A stretch of DNA of 64,000 nt from Candidatus Limnocylindria bacterium (GTDB lineage: Bacteria > Chloroflexota > Limnocylindria > P2-11E): assembly GCA_046262615.1 (NCBI GenBank), contig JBHEML010000004.1, forward strand, positions 5,596-69,595. The letters are read 5' to 3'. A model generated the notes under the pieces. It was not told the DNA's origin. It saw only the letters and a list, made by a program, of their open reading frames with translations, and ran no database searches. The translations under genes and the position numbers were made by a program. Shown in pieces: positions 1 through 9,263 of the stretch. Position 1 is the first letter of the stretch. The number at the start of each line of letters is the position of its first letter.

Positions 1-39
1 CGCCCCGCGTCGCTCCGCGCCCGGGTGGCCGGGTGGTGA
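1..39 (+). CDS. possible 3' end of ribosomal protein S14 (partial, runs off window)
   Basis: Frame 1 reads ...RARVAGW* with TGA at 37-39 overlapping the S8 start. The position fits the conserved L5-S14-S8 order. Only 12 codons are visible and similarity is weak. Confidence 0.3.
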   Translation, partial: RPASLRARVAGW

Positions 40-455
40 CGCCGAAGAAGGGACGCCCGCGTGGCGGCGGACCGCCGAGCGACCCCGTGGGGGACATGCT
101 GACGCGGATCCGTAACGGCGTCGCCGCGCGGCACCAGTCGGTGACCATGCCGTCCAGCAGGTTGAAGGCCGAGGTCGCGCGCATCCTCAAGAGCGAGGGC
201 TTCATCGCCGGGTTCGAACAGCAGGGTGGCCAGCTCGTGCTGCGCCTGCGGTACGTCGGCGGCAAGGTGCCGGCGGTCGCGGGGCTGCGGCGGATCAGCC
301 GGCCCGGGCTCCGCGTCTACCGGCGCAAGACCGAGATGCCGCGCGTCCTCGGCGGCCTGGGGGTCGCGATCGTCTCGACGTCATCTGGGCTCATGACCGG
401 CCGGGAGGCCGAGCGCAAGGGCCTCGGAGGGGAAGTCGTCGCGCATGTGTGGTGA
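33..455 (+). CDS. rpsH: 30S ribosomal protein S8
   Basis: [13 protein letters not shown]...[30 protein letters not shown] 33/36 is the only start upstream of the conserved N-terminus. Confidence 0.95.
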   Translation: MVTPKKGRPRGGGPPSDPVGDMLTRIRNGVAARHQSVTMPSSRLKAEVARILKSEGFIAGFEQQGGQLVLRLRYVGGKVPAVAGLRRISRPGLRVYRRKTEMPRVLGGLGVAIVSTSSGLMTGREAERKGLGGEVVAHVW

Positions 456-458
456 GGC

Positions 459-1010
459 ATGAGCAGGATCGGCAAGCTGCCGGTCGTCGTTCCGGCGGGC
501 GTGGATGTGGCGATCGAGGGCCAGGCGGTCACCGTCAAGGGCCCGAAGGGCGAGTTGCACCGCACGTTCCATCCGCTCGTCGCTCTTGCGCGGCGCGACG
601 GCACCGTCGCGGTCGACAGGACGAACGAGACGCAGCAGGCGCGCGCCCTCCACGGGCTGTCTCGGACCCTGCTGGCCAACATGGTCGTCGGAGTGACCTC
701 AGGGTTCGCGCGCGACCTCGAGATCAGCGGCACCGGCTACCGTGCGGCGCTCGCCGGCAAGAAGCTCCAGCTCTCACTCGGCTTCTCGCACCCGGTCGAG
801 ATAGATCCGCCGGCGGGGATCGCGTTCTCGCTCGACACTCCGCAGAAGCTGAAGGTGTCGGGGATCGACAAGGAGCTCGTGGGGGAGATCGCCGCGCGCA
901 TCCGCGCGCTGCGCGTTCCGGATCCATACAAGGCGAAGGGCGTGAAGTACGCGGGCGAGCGCATCCGGCGGAAGGCCGGGAAGGCCGGCAAGGTCGGCGC
1001 GAAGGCATGA
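459..1010 (+). CDS. rplF: 50S ribosomal protein L6
   Basis: [17 protein letters not shown]...VKGPKGEL...[11 protein letters not shown]. Synteny S8-L6-L18. Confidence 0.97.
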   Translation: MSRIGKLPVVVPAGVDVAIEGQAVTVKGPKGELHRTFHPLVALARRDGTVAVDRTNETQQARALHGLSRTLLANMVVGVTSGFARDLEISGTGYRAALAGKKLQLSLGFSHPVEIDPPAGIAFSLDTPQKLKVSGIDKELVGEIAARIRALRVPDPYKAKGVKYAGERIRRKAGKAGKVGAKA

Positions 1011-1020
1011 GGAGGTCGGC

Positions 1021-1371
1021 ATGACCGCGACACGGCTGGTGGCGCGCGCGCGGCGCCACGCGCGCGTCCGGCAGCGCGTCCGCGGGTCGGCCCAGAGGCC
1101 CCGGCTCGCGGTGTTCCGCTCGGTGACGCACATCTACGCGCAGCTCATCGACGACGAATCGGGCCGCACGCTCGCCGCTGCTTCGACTCTCGAAGCCAAG
1201 GACGCGACGGGCTCGAAGATCGAGCGGGCGCAGTCGGTTGGCGCGCGGTTGGCGGACAAGGCAAAGGCAGCCGGCATCGCCGGCGTGGTGTTCGACCGCG
1301 GCGGGTACCGCTACCACGGCCGCGTGCGCGCGCTGGCCGAGGCCGCGCGGTCCTCAGGGTTGGAGTTCTAG
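1021..1371 (+). CDS. rplR: 50S ribosomal protein L18
   Basis: [32 protein letters not shown]...[20 protein letters not shown]. Confidence 0.97.
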   Translation: MTATRLVARARRHARVRQRVRGSAQRPRLAVFRSVTHIYAQLIDDESGRTLAAASTLEAKDATGSKIERAQSVGARLADKAKAAGIAGVVFDRGGYRYHGRVRALAEAARSSGLEF

Positions 1372-1372
1372 C

Positions 1373-1903
1373 GTGGCGCGGATAGAGACGAACCGCCTCG
1401 AGCTGACCGAGCGCGTCGTCCAGATAAACCGCGTTTCGAAGGTCGTCAAGGGCGGCCGGCGGTTCAGCTTCTCGGCGATCGTCGTCGTGGGGGACGGACG
1501 CGGGCACGTCGGCGCGGGCCTCGGGAAGGCGGACGAGGTTCCCGACGCGATCAAGAAAGGCGTCGAGGATGCGAAGAAGCACGTCATGCTCGTCCCGCTG
1601 CTGGATCGGACGATCCCGCACCAGGTGACGGCGGACTTCGGCGCGGCTCGCGTTCTGCTCCGGCCCGCGTCGAAGGGCACGGGCGTGATCGCCGGAGGCT
1701 CGGTGCGCGCGGTCGTCGAGTCGGCCGGGATCCACGACATCCTGTCGAAGTCGCTCGGCAGCTCGAACCCGGTGAACGTCGTGCGCGCCGCCATGCGCGC
1801 CCTCGAACAGCTGCGCTCGCCCGAGCGCATACGCGAGCTGCGCGGCCTCACGCCTCCGGCGCCCAAGCCCGAGCCGGACGCTGCGCTGGCGGTCGCCGAG
1901 TGA
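1373..1903 (+). CDS. rpsE: 30S ribosomal protein S5
   Basis: GTG at 1373, 1 nt after the rplR stop. [30 protein letters not shown]. The track ORF from 1238 is over-extended. Confidence 0.95.
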   Translation: MARIETNRLELTERVVQINRVSKVVKGGRRFSFSAIVVVGDGRGHVGAGLGKADEVPDAIKKGVEDAKKHVMLVPLLDRTIPHQVTADFGAARVLLRPASKGTGVIAGGSVRAVVESAGIHDILSKSLGSSNPVNVVRAAMRALEQLRSPERIRELRGLTPPAPKPEPDAALAVAE

Positions 1904-2085
1904 GCGAAGTGCGCATCCACCGGCACAAGAGCGCCATCGGCGAGAAGGTCGAGGCGCGGCGCACACTCGCGGCCCTCGGACTGCGCCGGACGGGCTCGCG
2001 TGTCGTGCACGAGGACTCGCCCGCGCTACGCGGGATGCTCCGGAAGGTGGCGCACCTCGTCACCGTGGAGGAGGGGAAGTCGTGA
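1900..2085 (+). CDS. rpmD: 50S ribosomal protein L30
   Basis: 61 aa, [25 protein letters not shown] overlap with rpsE. Confidence 0.93.
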   Translation: MSEVRIHRHKSAIGEKVEARRTLAALGLRRTGSRVVHEDSPALRGMLRKVAHLVTVEEGKS

Positions 2086-2531
2086 AGCTCCACGAGCTCA
2101 AGCCGCCAAAGGGCAGCCGGCGTCCGACCCGGCGGCTCGGCCGCGGGACCGGCGCCGGGCAGGGCAAGACGGCGGGTCGCGGCACGAAGGGGCAGCTCGC
2201 CCGGAGCGGCCCCGGCCTGCCGGCTTGGTTCGAGGGCGGCCAGACGCCGCTGCACATGCGCGTTCCGAAGCTGCGCGGCTTCACCAACCGGTTCCGCCGC
2301 GACTACGTGGCCGTCAACGTCGGCGTCCTCGGCCAGTACGCCGTTGACGGCAGGGTCTCGCCCGAGAGCCTCGCGGCGAAGGGCCTCATCGGGGCCGCGC
2401 GCAAGGTGAAGATCCTCGGTGAGGGCTCGCCCGACGGCGCACTAGAGGTCCGCGCCCACGCCGTCTCGGCCACGGCCCGCCGCAAGGTCGAGGCCGCGGG
2501 CGGTTCCGTGGTACTCATCGAGGGCGACTGA
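2082..2531 (+). CDS. rplO: 50S ribosomal protein L15
   Basis: [14 protein letters not shown]...GRGTGAGQGKTAGRGTKGQ. GTGA overlap with rpmD. Confidence 0.96.
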   Translation: MKLHELKPPKGSRRPTRRLGRGTGAGQGKTAGRGTKGQLARSGPGLPAWFEGGQTPLHMRVPKLRGFTNRFRRDYVAVNVGVLGQYAVDGRVSPESLAAKGLIGAARKVKILGEGSPDGALEVRAHAVSATARRKVEAAGGSVVLIEGD

Positions 2532-2536
2532 CAGCG

Positions 2537-3820
2537 GTGAGCATGTTCACCGCGCTCATCGATGCCTTCCGCGCGCCGGACCTGCGCAACAAGATCCTGT
2601 TCACGCTCGGGATGCTCGTCGTGTTCCGGTTCCTCGCGCACGTCCCGCTTCCCGGCGTCGACCAGGCGCAGCTCGCCAACGTGCTTCAGAACAACCAGCT
2701 TCTGAACCTGCTCGACCTATTCTCCGGGGGCGGCCTCGCGCGATTGTCGGTGGTCGCGCTCGGGGTGAACCCCTACATCAACGCCTCGATCATCATGACG
2801 CTCCTCAACCAGACGATCCCCGCGCTCGAGCGCCTCTCGAAGGAGGGCGAGTTCGGGCGCAACAAGATCAACCAGTACACGCGCATCCTCACCGTGCCGC
2901 TCGCGTTGCTCCAGGGCACGGGCATCGCGATCTTCTTCAAGAACTCCGGCGTCATCAGCGAGTTCGGCCTCGGAAGCATCGGCCTCACGATCGCGATCCT
3001 CGCGACGCTGACCGCCGGCACGCTCATCCTGATGTGGCTCGGGGAGTTGATCAGCGAGAACGGCATCGGCAACGGGATCAGCTTCATCATCTTCGCCGGG
3101 ATAGTGGGCCGGCTGCCCACGACGGTGGCGCAGACAGTCCAGGTGCAGGAGAACTACCTGCTTCTCGGCGTGTACGCGCTCATCGCCGTGGGCGTGATCG
3201 GAGCGATCATCTTCATCCAGGAGGGCCAGCGTCGGATCCCGGTCCAGTACGCCAAGCGCGTCCGCGGGACGCGGATGTATTCGGGCGGTTCGACGCACAT
3301 ACCGCTGCGGGTCAACAGCGCGGGCGTGATCCCGATCATCTTCGCGATCTCGATCCTGCTGCTGCCGACGCAGATCGCGCAGTACTTCACGAACAGCGAG
3401 ACGGAATGGCTGCGCAACCTGTCAACGGGGATCGTCGGCGCCTTCCAGAACGCCTTCCTCTACAACAGCCTGTACTTCCTCCTGGTCGTGGCGTTCACCT
3501 TCTTCTACACGGCCTTCACCTTCGTACCGAACGACGTGGCGGACAACATCCGGCGCTACGGCGGATTCATCCCGGGCATCCGCCCCGGCCGGCCGACGGC
3601 GGAGTTCCTCGGACGGGTCGTCACGCGCATCACCATCGCCGGCGCGCTCTTCCTCGGGATCGTCGCGGTCATGCCGACCCTTGTGGGCGACCTCACCGGC
3701 GTGCAGACCCTGCGCCTCGGCGGCACGAGCATCCTGATCGTCGTCGGCGTGGTCGTCGAGACGATGAAGCAGCTGGAGGCGCAGCTGCTGATGCGGAGCT
3801 ACGAGGGCTTTATCCAATAG
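2537..3820 (+). CDS. secY: preprotein translocase subunit SecY
   Basis: 427 aa polytopic protein. LRNKILFTLGMLVVFRF..HVPLPGV...GGTSILIVVGV. Position after rplO. Confidence 0.97.
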   Translation: MSMFTALIDAFRAPDLRNKILFTLGMLVVFRFLAHVPLPGVDQAQLANVLQNNQLLNLLDLFSGGGLARLSVVALGVNPYINASIIMTLLNQTIPALERLSKEGEFGRNKINQYTRILTVPLALLQGTGIAIFFKNSGVISEFGLGSIGLTIAILATLTAGTLILMWLGELISENGIGNGISFIIFAGIVGRLPTTVAQTVQVQENYLLLGVYALIAVGVIGAIIFIQEGQRRIPVQYAKRVRGTRMYSGGSTHIPLRVNSAGVIPIIFAISILLLPTQIAQYFTNSETEWLRNLSTGIVGAFQNAFLYNSLYFLLVVAFTFFYTAFTFVPNDVADNIRRYGGFIPGIRPGRPTAEFLGRVVTRITIAGALFLGIVAVMPTLVGDLTGVQTLRLGGTSILIVVGVVVETMKQLEAQLLMRSYEGFIQ

Positions 3821-4501
3821 GTGGCCATGCCGACGCCCGCACGCCCGGACGGGGAGCTCATCTTCATCGGCCCGCCAGGCGTGGGCAAGGGAACGCAGGC
3901 GCGGCTCCTCGCGGATCGCCACGGATGGCTGCACCTGGCGACGGGAGACCTCTTCCGCGAGCACGTCCGCCTCGGGACCGAGCTCGGCAAACTCGCCGAG
4001 ACGTACATGAGCAAGGGCGCGTACGTGCCGGATGAGATCACCGTGGGCATGGTGCGGTCGCGGCTCGCCGAGACCGACGGCGCGCGGCGGGTGATCTTCG
4101 ACGGCTTCCCACGCACCGTCGCGCAGGCCGAGGCGCTCGACGCGCTGCTCGAACCGCTCGGCCGTCACGTGGACCGCGTGGTCCTCATCGAGGTGCCCAG
4201 AGACGAGCTTCTGCGGCGCGTCGGCGCGCGCGCGACGTGCACGAATTGCCAGACGGCGTACTCGCTCGCCGTTCGGCCACCGACGGTCAGCGGGGTGTGC
4301 GATCGCTGCGGTGGACCTGTCGTCGCGACCGCCCGCGCTGACGACGCGCCCGAGGTCGTGCGGCGGCGGCTCGAGGTATACGAGGCGCAGACGAAGCCGG
4401 TCGTGGAGCATTACGACGGACGCGGCCTCCTCTGGCGCGTGGACGGGGTCGGCAGCATGAACGACGTGACCGGGCGACTGTTCAAGGCGATCGCCGCGTG
4501 A
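3821..4501 (+). CDS. adk: adenylate kinase (Cys4 zinc lid)
   Basis: P-loop GPPGVGKGTQ. Lid CTNC...CDRC. Synteny secY-adk-map. Confidence 0.96.
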   Translation: MAMPTPARPDGELIFIGPPGVGKGTQARLLADRHGWLHLATGDLFREHVRLGTELGKLAETYMSKGAYVPDEITVGMVRSRLAETDGARRVIFDGFPRTVAQAEALDALLEPLGRHVDRVVLIEVPRDELLRRVGARATCTNCQTAYSLAVRPPTVSGVCDRCGGPVVATARADDAPEVVRRRLEVYEAQTKPVVEHYDGRGLLWRVDGVGSMNDVTGRLFKAIAA

Positions 4502-5268
4502 TCACGCTGAAGACGCCGGCGGATACGGCGCGGATGCGGGAAGCGGGCCTGGTGGTCGCGGCGATGCTGGCGCGATGCCGCGCGGCGCTGCGTCCGAGCA
4601 TCACCACACTCGAGCTCGACCGGATCGCGGCCGAGGAGCTCCGGCGCCACGGCGCGACGTCGTCGTTCCTCGGCTACTACGGCTACCCCGCGACGATCTG
4701 CACCTCCGTCAACGACGAGATAGTCCACGGGATCCCGAGCCGACGGAAGCTCCGCGAGGGCGACATCGTTGGCATCGACGCCGGCGCGATCGTCGACGGA
4801 TGGCACGCTGACGCCGCCATCACGCTGCCCGTTGGCGAGGTCGCGCCCGAGGCGGCGCGCCTGATGGCGGTCACCGAGGAGGCGCTACGGCGCGGGATCG
4901 CTGCCGCGAGGGTCGGGGGCCGTCTCGGCGACATCGGAGCCGCAGTGCAGCGCCACGCCGAGAGCGAGGGCTACTCGGTCGTCCGCAACTACGTCGGGCA
5001 CGGGATCGGACGGGCGATGCATGAGGAGCCCCAGGTGCCGAACTACGGAGCTCCTGACCGGGGCCTGGCGATCCGCGAGGGGCTCTGCATCGCCATCGAG
5101 CCGATGCTGAACATCGGCCAGCCGGGCACGCGGACGCTCGAGGACCAGTGGACGGTGGTGACCGCCGACGGCAGCCTCTCGGCGCACTTCGAGCACACGC
5201 TCTGGTGCACCGCCGCCGGGCCTGTGGTGCTCACGGTGGCGGACGGGTCGGAAGCGGTCGCCGCATGA
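4498..5268 (+). CDS. map: type I methionine aminopeptidase
   Basis: GYYGYPATICTSVNDEIVHGIP...DGWHADAAIT...VGHGIGRAMHEEP. GTGA overlap with adk. Confidence 0.96.
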   Translation: MITLKTPADTARMREAGLVVAAMLARCRAALRPSITTLELDRIAAEELRRHGATSSFLGYYGYPATICTSVNDEIVHGIPSRRKLREGDIVGIDAGAIVDGWHADAAITLPVGEVAPEAARLMAVTEEALRRGIAAARVGGRLGDIGAAVQRHAESEGYSVVRNYVGHGIGRAMHEEPQVPNYGAPDRGLAIREGLCIAIEPMLNIGQPGTRTLEDQWTVVTADGSLSAHFEHTLWCTAAGPVVLTVADGSEAVAA

Positions 5269-5380
5269 CCGTTCGGCGTACGGTCGCTGGCACCGTGTGC
5301 GTGGAGGGTGCCGCCATGCCCGCCCCGAGCGCGCCGGCCGCCGCACGAGCGGACATGGCGTATTTGCGCGCAGCCAAGGG

Positions 5381-5409
5381 TTGCGGGCGGCGGGCTATTT
5401 TGGTACATT
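5381..5409 (+). promoter_or_regulatory. candidate sigma-70-type promoter upstream of infA
   Basis: TTGCGG (5381-5386), 17-nt spacer, TACATT (5404-5409), in the only AT-richer stretch of the 190-bp map-infA gap. Pattern match only. Confidence 0.2.
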
Positions 5410-5457
5410 TTTCGCTCCCGTGGCCGCGTGCCGCGGAGCTTTTTGTGTCTGGAGCGT

Positions 5458-5694
5458 ATGGCAACAAGTAGATCCAGCAACAAGGACGTCATCGAAGTGG
5501 AGGGCACCGTGGCCGAGGCTCTCCCGAACGCCATGTTCAAGGTCGACCTGCAGAACGGCCACGCGGTCCTCGCTCACATCTCGGGGAAGATGCGCATGAA
5601 CTTCATCCGCGTCGTTCCCGGCGACAAGGTGCTCGTGGAGCTCTCGCCGTACGACCTGAAACGGGGCCGGATCACGCGGCGCGTGCGGTACTGA
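5458..5694 (+). CDS. infA: translation initiation factor IF-1
   Basis: ATG 5458 preceded by [54 protein letters not shown]. The track ORF from 5308 is over-extended. Confidence 0.95.
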   Translation: MATSRSSNKDVIEVEGTVAEALPNAMFKVDLQNGHAVLAHISGKMRMNFIRVVPGDKVLVELSPYDLKRGRITRRVRY

Positions 5695-5727
5695 TGGACG
5701 CGATGCCGCTGCCGGCGGCGGGGACGA

Positions 5728-5886
5728 CGAACTGCGACACGCCGCTACGAGTCGTGGAATCACGCGGGACCGCACCGAACGAAGACGAGCACATAACGAA
5801 GGGCGCACGAAGTGAGGACAGGCCGCTACGAGTCGTGGAATCACGCGGGACCGCAGCGAACGATCGACAGCACAACGAAGGGCGCC
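5728..5886. repeat. tandem direct duplication, 2 x ~80 bp, in the infA-rpmJ spacer
   Basis: Unit A is 5728-5807 and unit B is 5808-5886. An identical 34-nt core gccgctacgagtcgtggaatcacgcgggaccgca occurs at 5741-5774 and 5822-5855. The flanks are ~80% similar and both units end in acgaagggcgc. Confidence 0.9.
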
Positions 5887-5895
5887 TTTAGGTAA

Positions 5896-6009
5896 ATGAA
5901 GGTAAGAGCCTCCGTCAAAAAGCGCTGTGACAAGTGCAAGATCATCCGGCGGGAGGGCGTGATCCTCGTGATCTGCCCTGAGCCGAAACACAAGCAGAGG
6001 CAGGGATAG
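5896..6009 (+). CDS. rpmJ: 50S ribosomal protein L36
   Basis: Below the ORF-track size cutoff. Hand translation: [37 protein letters not shown]. Zinc-ribbon type, between infA and rpsM. Confidence 0.93.
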   Translation: MKVRASVKKRCDKCKIIRREGVILVICPEPKHKQRQG

Positions 6010-6011
6010 CG

Positions 6012-6395
6012 ATGGCTCGGATCGCAGGCGTCGACATACCCCGCGAGAAGCGCGTTGACGTGTCGCTGCGCTACATCTTCGGCATCGGGCCGACGACCGC
6101 CCGGCAGGTCCTCGACGACGCGCGGATCGCGCACGGCATTCGGGTGCGCGACCTCACGGAGCCACAGATCTCGCGGATCCGCGAGCTGATCGACCGCGGC
6201 TTCACCGTCGAGGGTGACCTTCGGCGGGAGATCGCGCTCAACATCAAGCGGCTGCAGGAGATCAACAGCTACCGCGGCCTTCGGCACCGCCGCGGCCTGC
6301 CGACGCGCGGGCAGCGCACCCGGACCAACGCGCGCACCCGCCGAGGGGCACGGAAGACAGTGGCCGGGCGCAAGAAGGCGGTCTCCAAGACCTAG
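6012..6395 (+). CDS. rpsM: 30S ribosomal protein S13
   Basis: [15 protein letters not shown]...[27 protein letters not shown]. Confidence 0.97.
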   Translation: MARIAGVDIPREKRVDVSLRYIFGIGPTTARQVLDDARIAHGIRVRDLTEPQISRIRELIDRGFTVEGDLRREIALNIKRLQEINSYRGLRHRRGLPTRGQRTRTNARTRRGARKTVAGRKKAVSKT

Positions 6396-6465
6396 CACGG
6401 CCGCGACGGCGGCCCCCGCGAACCTGCCGGCGTGAAGACGCAGAGCAAGCGACGAAGGATGTGAC

Positions 6466-6909
6466 TTGGCACAGGAAGCAGCCACCAAACCCGCGGCGCG
6501 GCAAGCACCAGCCGAGGCGGAGCAGCCGAAGCCGGCGCCACGCCGCAAGCGCGAGAAGCGCGTCGTGCCACGGGGCGCCGCGCATATCCGCGCGTCCTTC
6601 AACAACACCATCGTCTCGCTCACGGACCCGGCGGGGAACGTGCTTGCGTGGTCCTCCGCCGGCGCATCCGGCTGGAAGGGCTCTCGCAAGAGCACGCCGT
6701 ACGCCGCTCAGATCACCGCGGAGAACGCCGCGAAGAAGGCCATCGAGCAGGGTCTGAAGACCGTCGAGGTTTTCGTCCGCGGCCCCGGTGCCGGCCGTGA
6801 GGCGGCGATACGGGCTCTCGAGGCGTCCGGGCTCGAGGTGACCGCCATCACCGATGTCACCCCGATCCCGCACAACGGCTGCCGCGCGCCGAAACGGCGC
6901 CGGGTCTAG
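6466..6909 (+). CDS. rpsK: 30S ribosomal protein S11 (N-terminal extension)
   Basis: TTG start with [27 protein letters not shown]...TPYAAQ...[17 protein letters not shown]. Confidence 0.95.
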   Translation: MAQEAATKPAARQAPAEAEQPKPAPRRKREKRVVPRGAAHIRASFNNTIVSLTDPAGNVLAWSSAGASGWKGSRKSTPYAAQITAENAAKKAIEQGLKTVEVFVRGPGAGREAAIRALEASGLEVTAITDVTPIPHNGCRAPKRRRV

Positions 6910-6938
6910 CTGCCGGACGGGTAGGAGAGGAGCAGGAG

Positions 6939-7562
6939 ATGGCGCGCTACACCGGTCCGGTCTGCAGGCTGTGCCGCCGCGAGGCGACGAAGCTCTATCT
7001 CAAGGGTGAGAAGTGCGTGACGAAGTGCACGCTCGAGAAGCGCAATTCGCCTCCCGGCATGCACCAGCAGCGGCGCCGCAAGGTCTCCGACTTCGCGCTC
7101 CAGCTTCGTGAGAAGCAGAAGCTGCGGCGGATATTCGGTGTCCTCGAGGCGCAGATGAAGCTGAGCTTCGAACGTGCCACCGAGCGCAAGGGGGCGACGG
7201 GGGACGTGCTGCTCCAGTTGCTCGAGAGCCGGCTCGACAACGTCGTGTACCGCGCCGGATTCGCGAAATCGCGCGCCCAGGCGCGGCAGTTGGTGACGCA
7301 CGGGCACATCACCGTGAAAGGCCGGCGGGCGAAAACGCCGAGCAGCGCCGTGAGTGCCGGCGACGTCGTCGCGGTGCACGAGTCCAGCCGCGGGTCGAGC
7401 TACTTCAAGGAGATGGTCGCGTGGGCCAAGACGCAGGTGCGTCCGGGCTGGCTCGAAGTCGACCCCGAGGCCTTCACCGCCCGGGTGCTCGCGCTGCCAT
7501 CGCGGCGCGAGATCGAGACCCAGGTCGACACCCAGCTCATCGTCGAGCACTACTCGCGGTGA
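6939..7562 (+). CDS. rpsD: 30S ribosomal protein S4
   Basis: MARYTGPVCRLCRREATKLYLKGEKC...LESRLDNVVYRAGFA.SRAQARQLVTHGH. Confidence 0.97.
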   Translation: MARYTGPVCRLCRREATKLYLKGEKCVTKCTLEKRNSPPGMHQQRRRKVSDFALQLREKQKLRRIFGVLEAQMKLSFERATERKGATGDVLLQLLESRLDNVVYRAGFAKSRAQARQLVTHGHITVKGRRAKTPSSAVSAGDVVAVHESSRGSSYFKEMVAWAKTQVRPGWLEVDPEAFTARVLALPSRREIETQVDTQLIVEHYSR

Positions 7563-7594
7563 ACGTGCGCCGGTAGCGTCAGGAAGGAAGAACG

Positions 7595-8719
7595 ATGTCC
7601 ATCGTGGAACTCGAGTACCCCAAGATCGAGCGAGTCGAAGGCGACGACCGCTACGCGAAGTTCGTGTGCGAGCCGCTGCCGGCCGGATACGGGACGACCC
7701 TCGGCAACTCGCTGAGACGGGTCCTGCTCAGCTCTCTCCCCGGCGCGGCCATCACCGCCGCGCGCGTGCGCGGAGTGGCGCACGAGTTCTCGACCATCCC
7801 AGGGGTGAAGGAGGACGTCGTCCAGATCGTCCTCAACCTGAAGCTGGTCCGCGTGCGCTCGTTCGCCGGTGAGCCGGTGACCCTCACCCTCGAGAAGGAG
7901 GGTCCGGGGGACGTCACGGCCGCGGACATCGCGACGACGAGCGACATCGAGATCGTCAACCCCGAGGCTCACATCGCCACCCTGGAACCCGAAGCGTCGC
8001 TGTGGATGGAGCTGACCGTGGAGACCGGCCGTGGCTTCCACGCGGCGGATCGCAAGGAGGGCCTGCCGATCGGCGTCATCCCGATCGACGCGCTATTCAG
8101 CCCGGTCCGCAAGGTGAACTTCAATGTCGAGAACACGCGGGTCGGCCAGGTCACGAACTACGACCGGCTCATCCTCGAGGTCTGGACCGACGCGACGACA
8201 CCTCCCGACGAGGCCGTGGCGCAGGGCTCGCAGATCCTCGTGCAGCAATTTTCGCTGTTCTCCGGGCTCACCCGTACGCCGGCCGCGCTCGCCACGCCGG
8301 TCGCGGGGAACGGCAGCGCGCTGCCGCCGGCCATCGCCGACATGCCGATCGAGGACCTGGACCTGCCGCAGCGCGCCTTCAACTCCCTGAAGCGGCACGG
8401 CATCACGAAGGTCGGTCAGCTGCTCCAGACCCCAGACGAGGAACTCCTCCGGATGCGCAATTTCGGAAAGAAGTCGCTCGACGAGATCAAGGAGCGGCTC
8501 GTGTTCCGCGGGCTCGTGGATGCGCCCGCGACCACCGACGAGCAGGCCGACGAGGTCGAGTTCGTCCTGTCATCAGTGGGCGACCTCCCAGCGGACGCCG
8601 TGGACGAGGCCGCGGCGCTCGTGGAGGACGCCCCCAAGTCGGAGACGGACCTTCCGGCCGACGACGTCGGATCCGAATCCGATGTCGACCTCTTCGACGA
8701 CGATGAGGAAGAGCGGTAG
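7595..8719 (+). CDS. rpoA: DNA-directed RNA polymerase subunit alpha (long acidic C-terminal tail)
   Basis: GTTLGNSLRRVLLSSLPGAAIT. CTD DLPQRAFNSLKRHGITKVGQL. Roughly the last 50 aa are D/E-rich. Confidence 0.96.
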   Translation: MSIVELEYPKIERVEGDDRYAKFVCEPLPAGYGTTLGNSLRRVLLSSLPGAAITAARVRGVAHEFSTIPGVKEDVVQIVLNLKLVRVRSFAGEPVTLTLEKEGPGDVTAADIATTSDIEIVNPEAHIATLEPEASLWMELTVETGRGFHAADRKEGLPIGVIPIDALFSPVRKVNFNVENTRVGQVTNYDRLILEVWTDATTPPDEAVAQGSQILVQQFSLFSGLTRTPAALATPVAGNGSALPPAIADMPIEDLDLPQRAFNSLKRHGITKVGQLLQTPDEELLRMRNFGKKSLDEIKERLVFRGLVDAPATTDEQADEVEFVLSSVGDLPADAVDEAAALVEDAPKSETDLPADDVGSESDVDLFDDDEEER

Positions 8720-9246
8720 TGCCGCACCAGGCGCATCAGCGAACTTTCGGCCGGACCAGCGGTCATCGCCGGGCGATGCTGCGGAATCTCACGCTGTCTG
8801 TGCTGCGTTACGAGCGCGTCAAGACGACCGAGGCGAAGGCGAAGGAGGTCCGCGGCTTCGTCGACAGGATGATCAACCTCGGTAAGGACGGCTCGCTGTC
8901 CGCCCGCCGCCGCGCGCTCGCGTGGCTGCCGGAGCCGGAGATCGTCGAGAAGGTGTTCACCGACCTCGCCGCGCGCTATCCGACAAGGAACTCGGGCTAC
9001 CTCCGGCTCTCGCACCTGAGCCGTCGCGTCGGCGACAGCGCCCCGCTCATGCTCCTCGAGCTTGTTCCCGGGGTGGAGGAGGAGAAGGAGACCGAGAAGC
9101 GCACGGAGGCGGCGGCGCGGCCCAGGCGCCGTCTCAGGCTGCCGACCAGGCGGCGTGCGGCGCCTGCCGCCGAGGAGGCCGCGGCGACGACGCCAGCGCC
9201 CGCCAGGCGCCGCGCGGCCAAGCCGGCGGGGGAGGAGAAGGCCTAA
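8719..9246 (+). CDS. rplQ: 50S ribosomal protein L17 (basic/Ala-rich C-terminal extension)
   Basis: GRTSGHRRAMLRNLTLSVLRYERVKTTEAKAKEVR. About 55 aa of extra R/A/E-rich tail. Confidence 0.94.
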   Translation: MPHQAHQRTFGRTSGHRRAMLRNLTLSVLRYERVKTTEAKAKEVRGFVDRMINLGKDGSLSARRRALAWLPEPEIVEKVFTDLAARYPTRNSGYLRLSHLSRRVGDSAPLMLLELVPGVEEEKETEKRTEAAARPRRRLRLPTRRRAAPAAEEAAATTPAPARRRAAKPAGEEKA

Positions 9247-9263
9247 CGCCGCACTGGAAGGCG

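Noticed and set aside
5741-5855. Two identical 34-nt repeats separated by 47 nt, which could be a mini CRISPR array
   Set aside because: There are only two copies. The 'spacer' and the sequence after the second repeat are themselves ~80% similar, so this is a tandem duplication of an ~80-bp unit. No cas genes or leader are present.
5694-5891. 65-aa ORF ([10 protein letters not shown]...PLRVVESRGTA...PLRVVESRGTA...) between infA and rpmJ
   Set aside because: Its internal peptide repeat simply mirrors the DNA duplication. It has no RBS, its start overlaps the infA stop in a poor context, and no family is recognised. It is treated as non-coding.
8922-9243. Long 368-aa TruA form starting at ATG 8922
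   Set aside because: It would overlap ~320 nt of rplQ and add a Gly/Arg/Ala low-complexity N-terminus with no TruA similarity. This is more likely an open shadow frame, although it is kept as an alternative in the truA finding.
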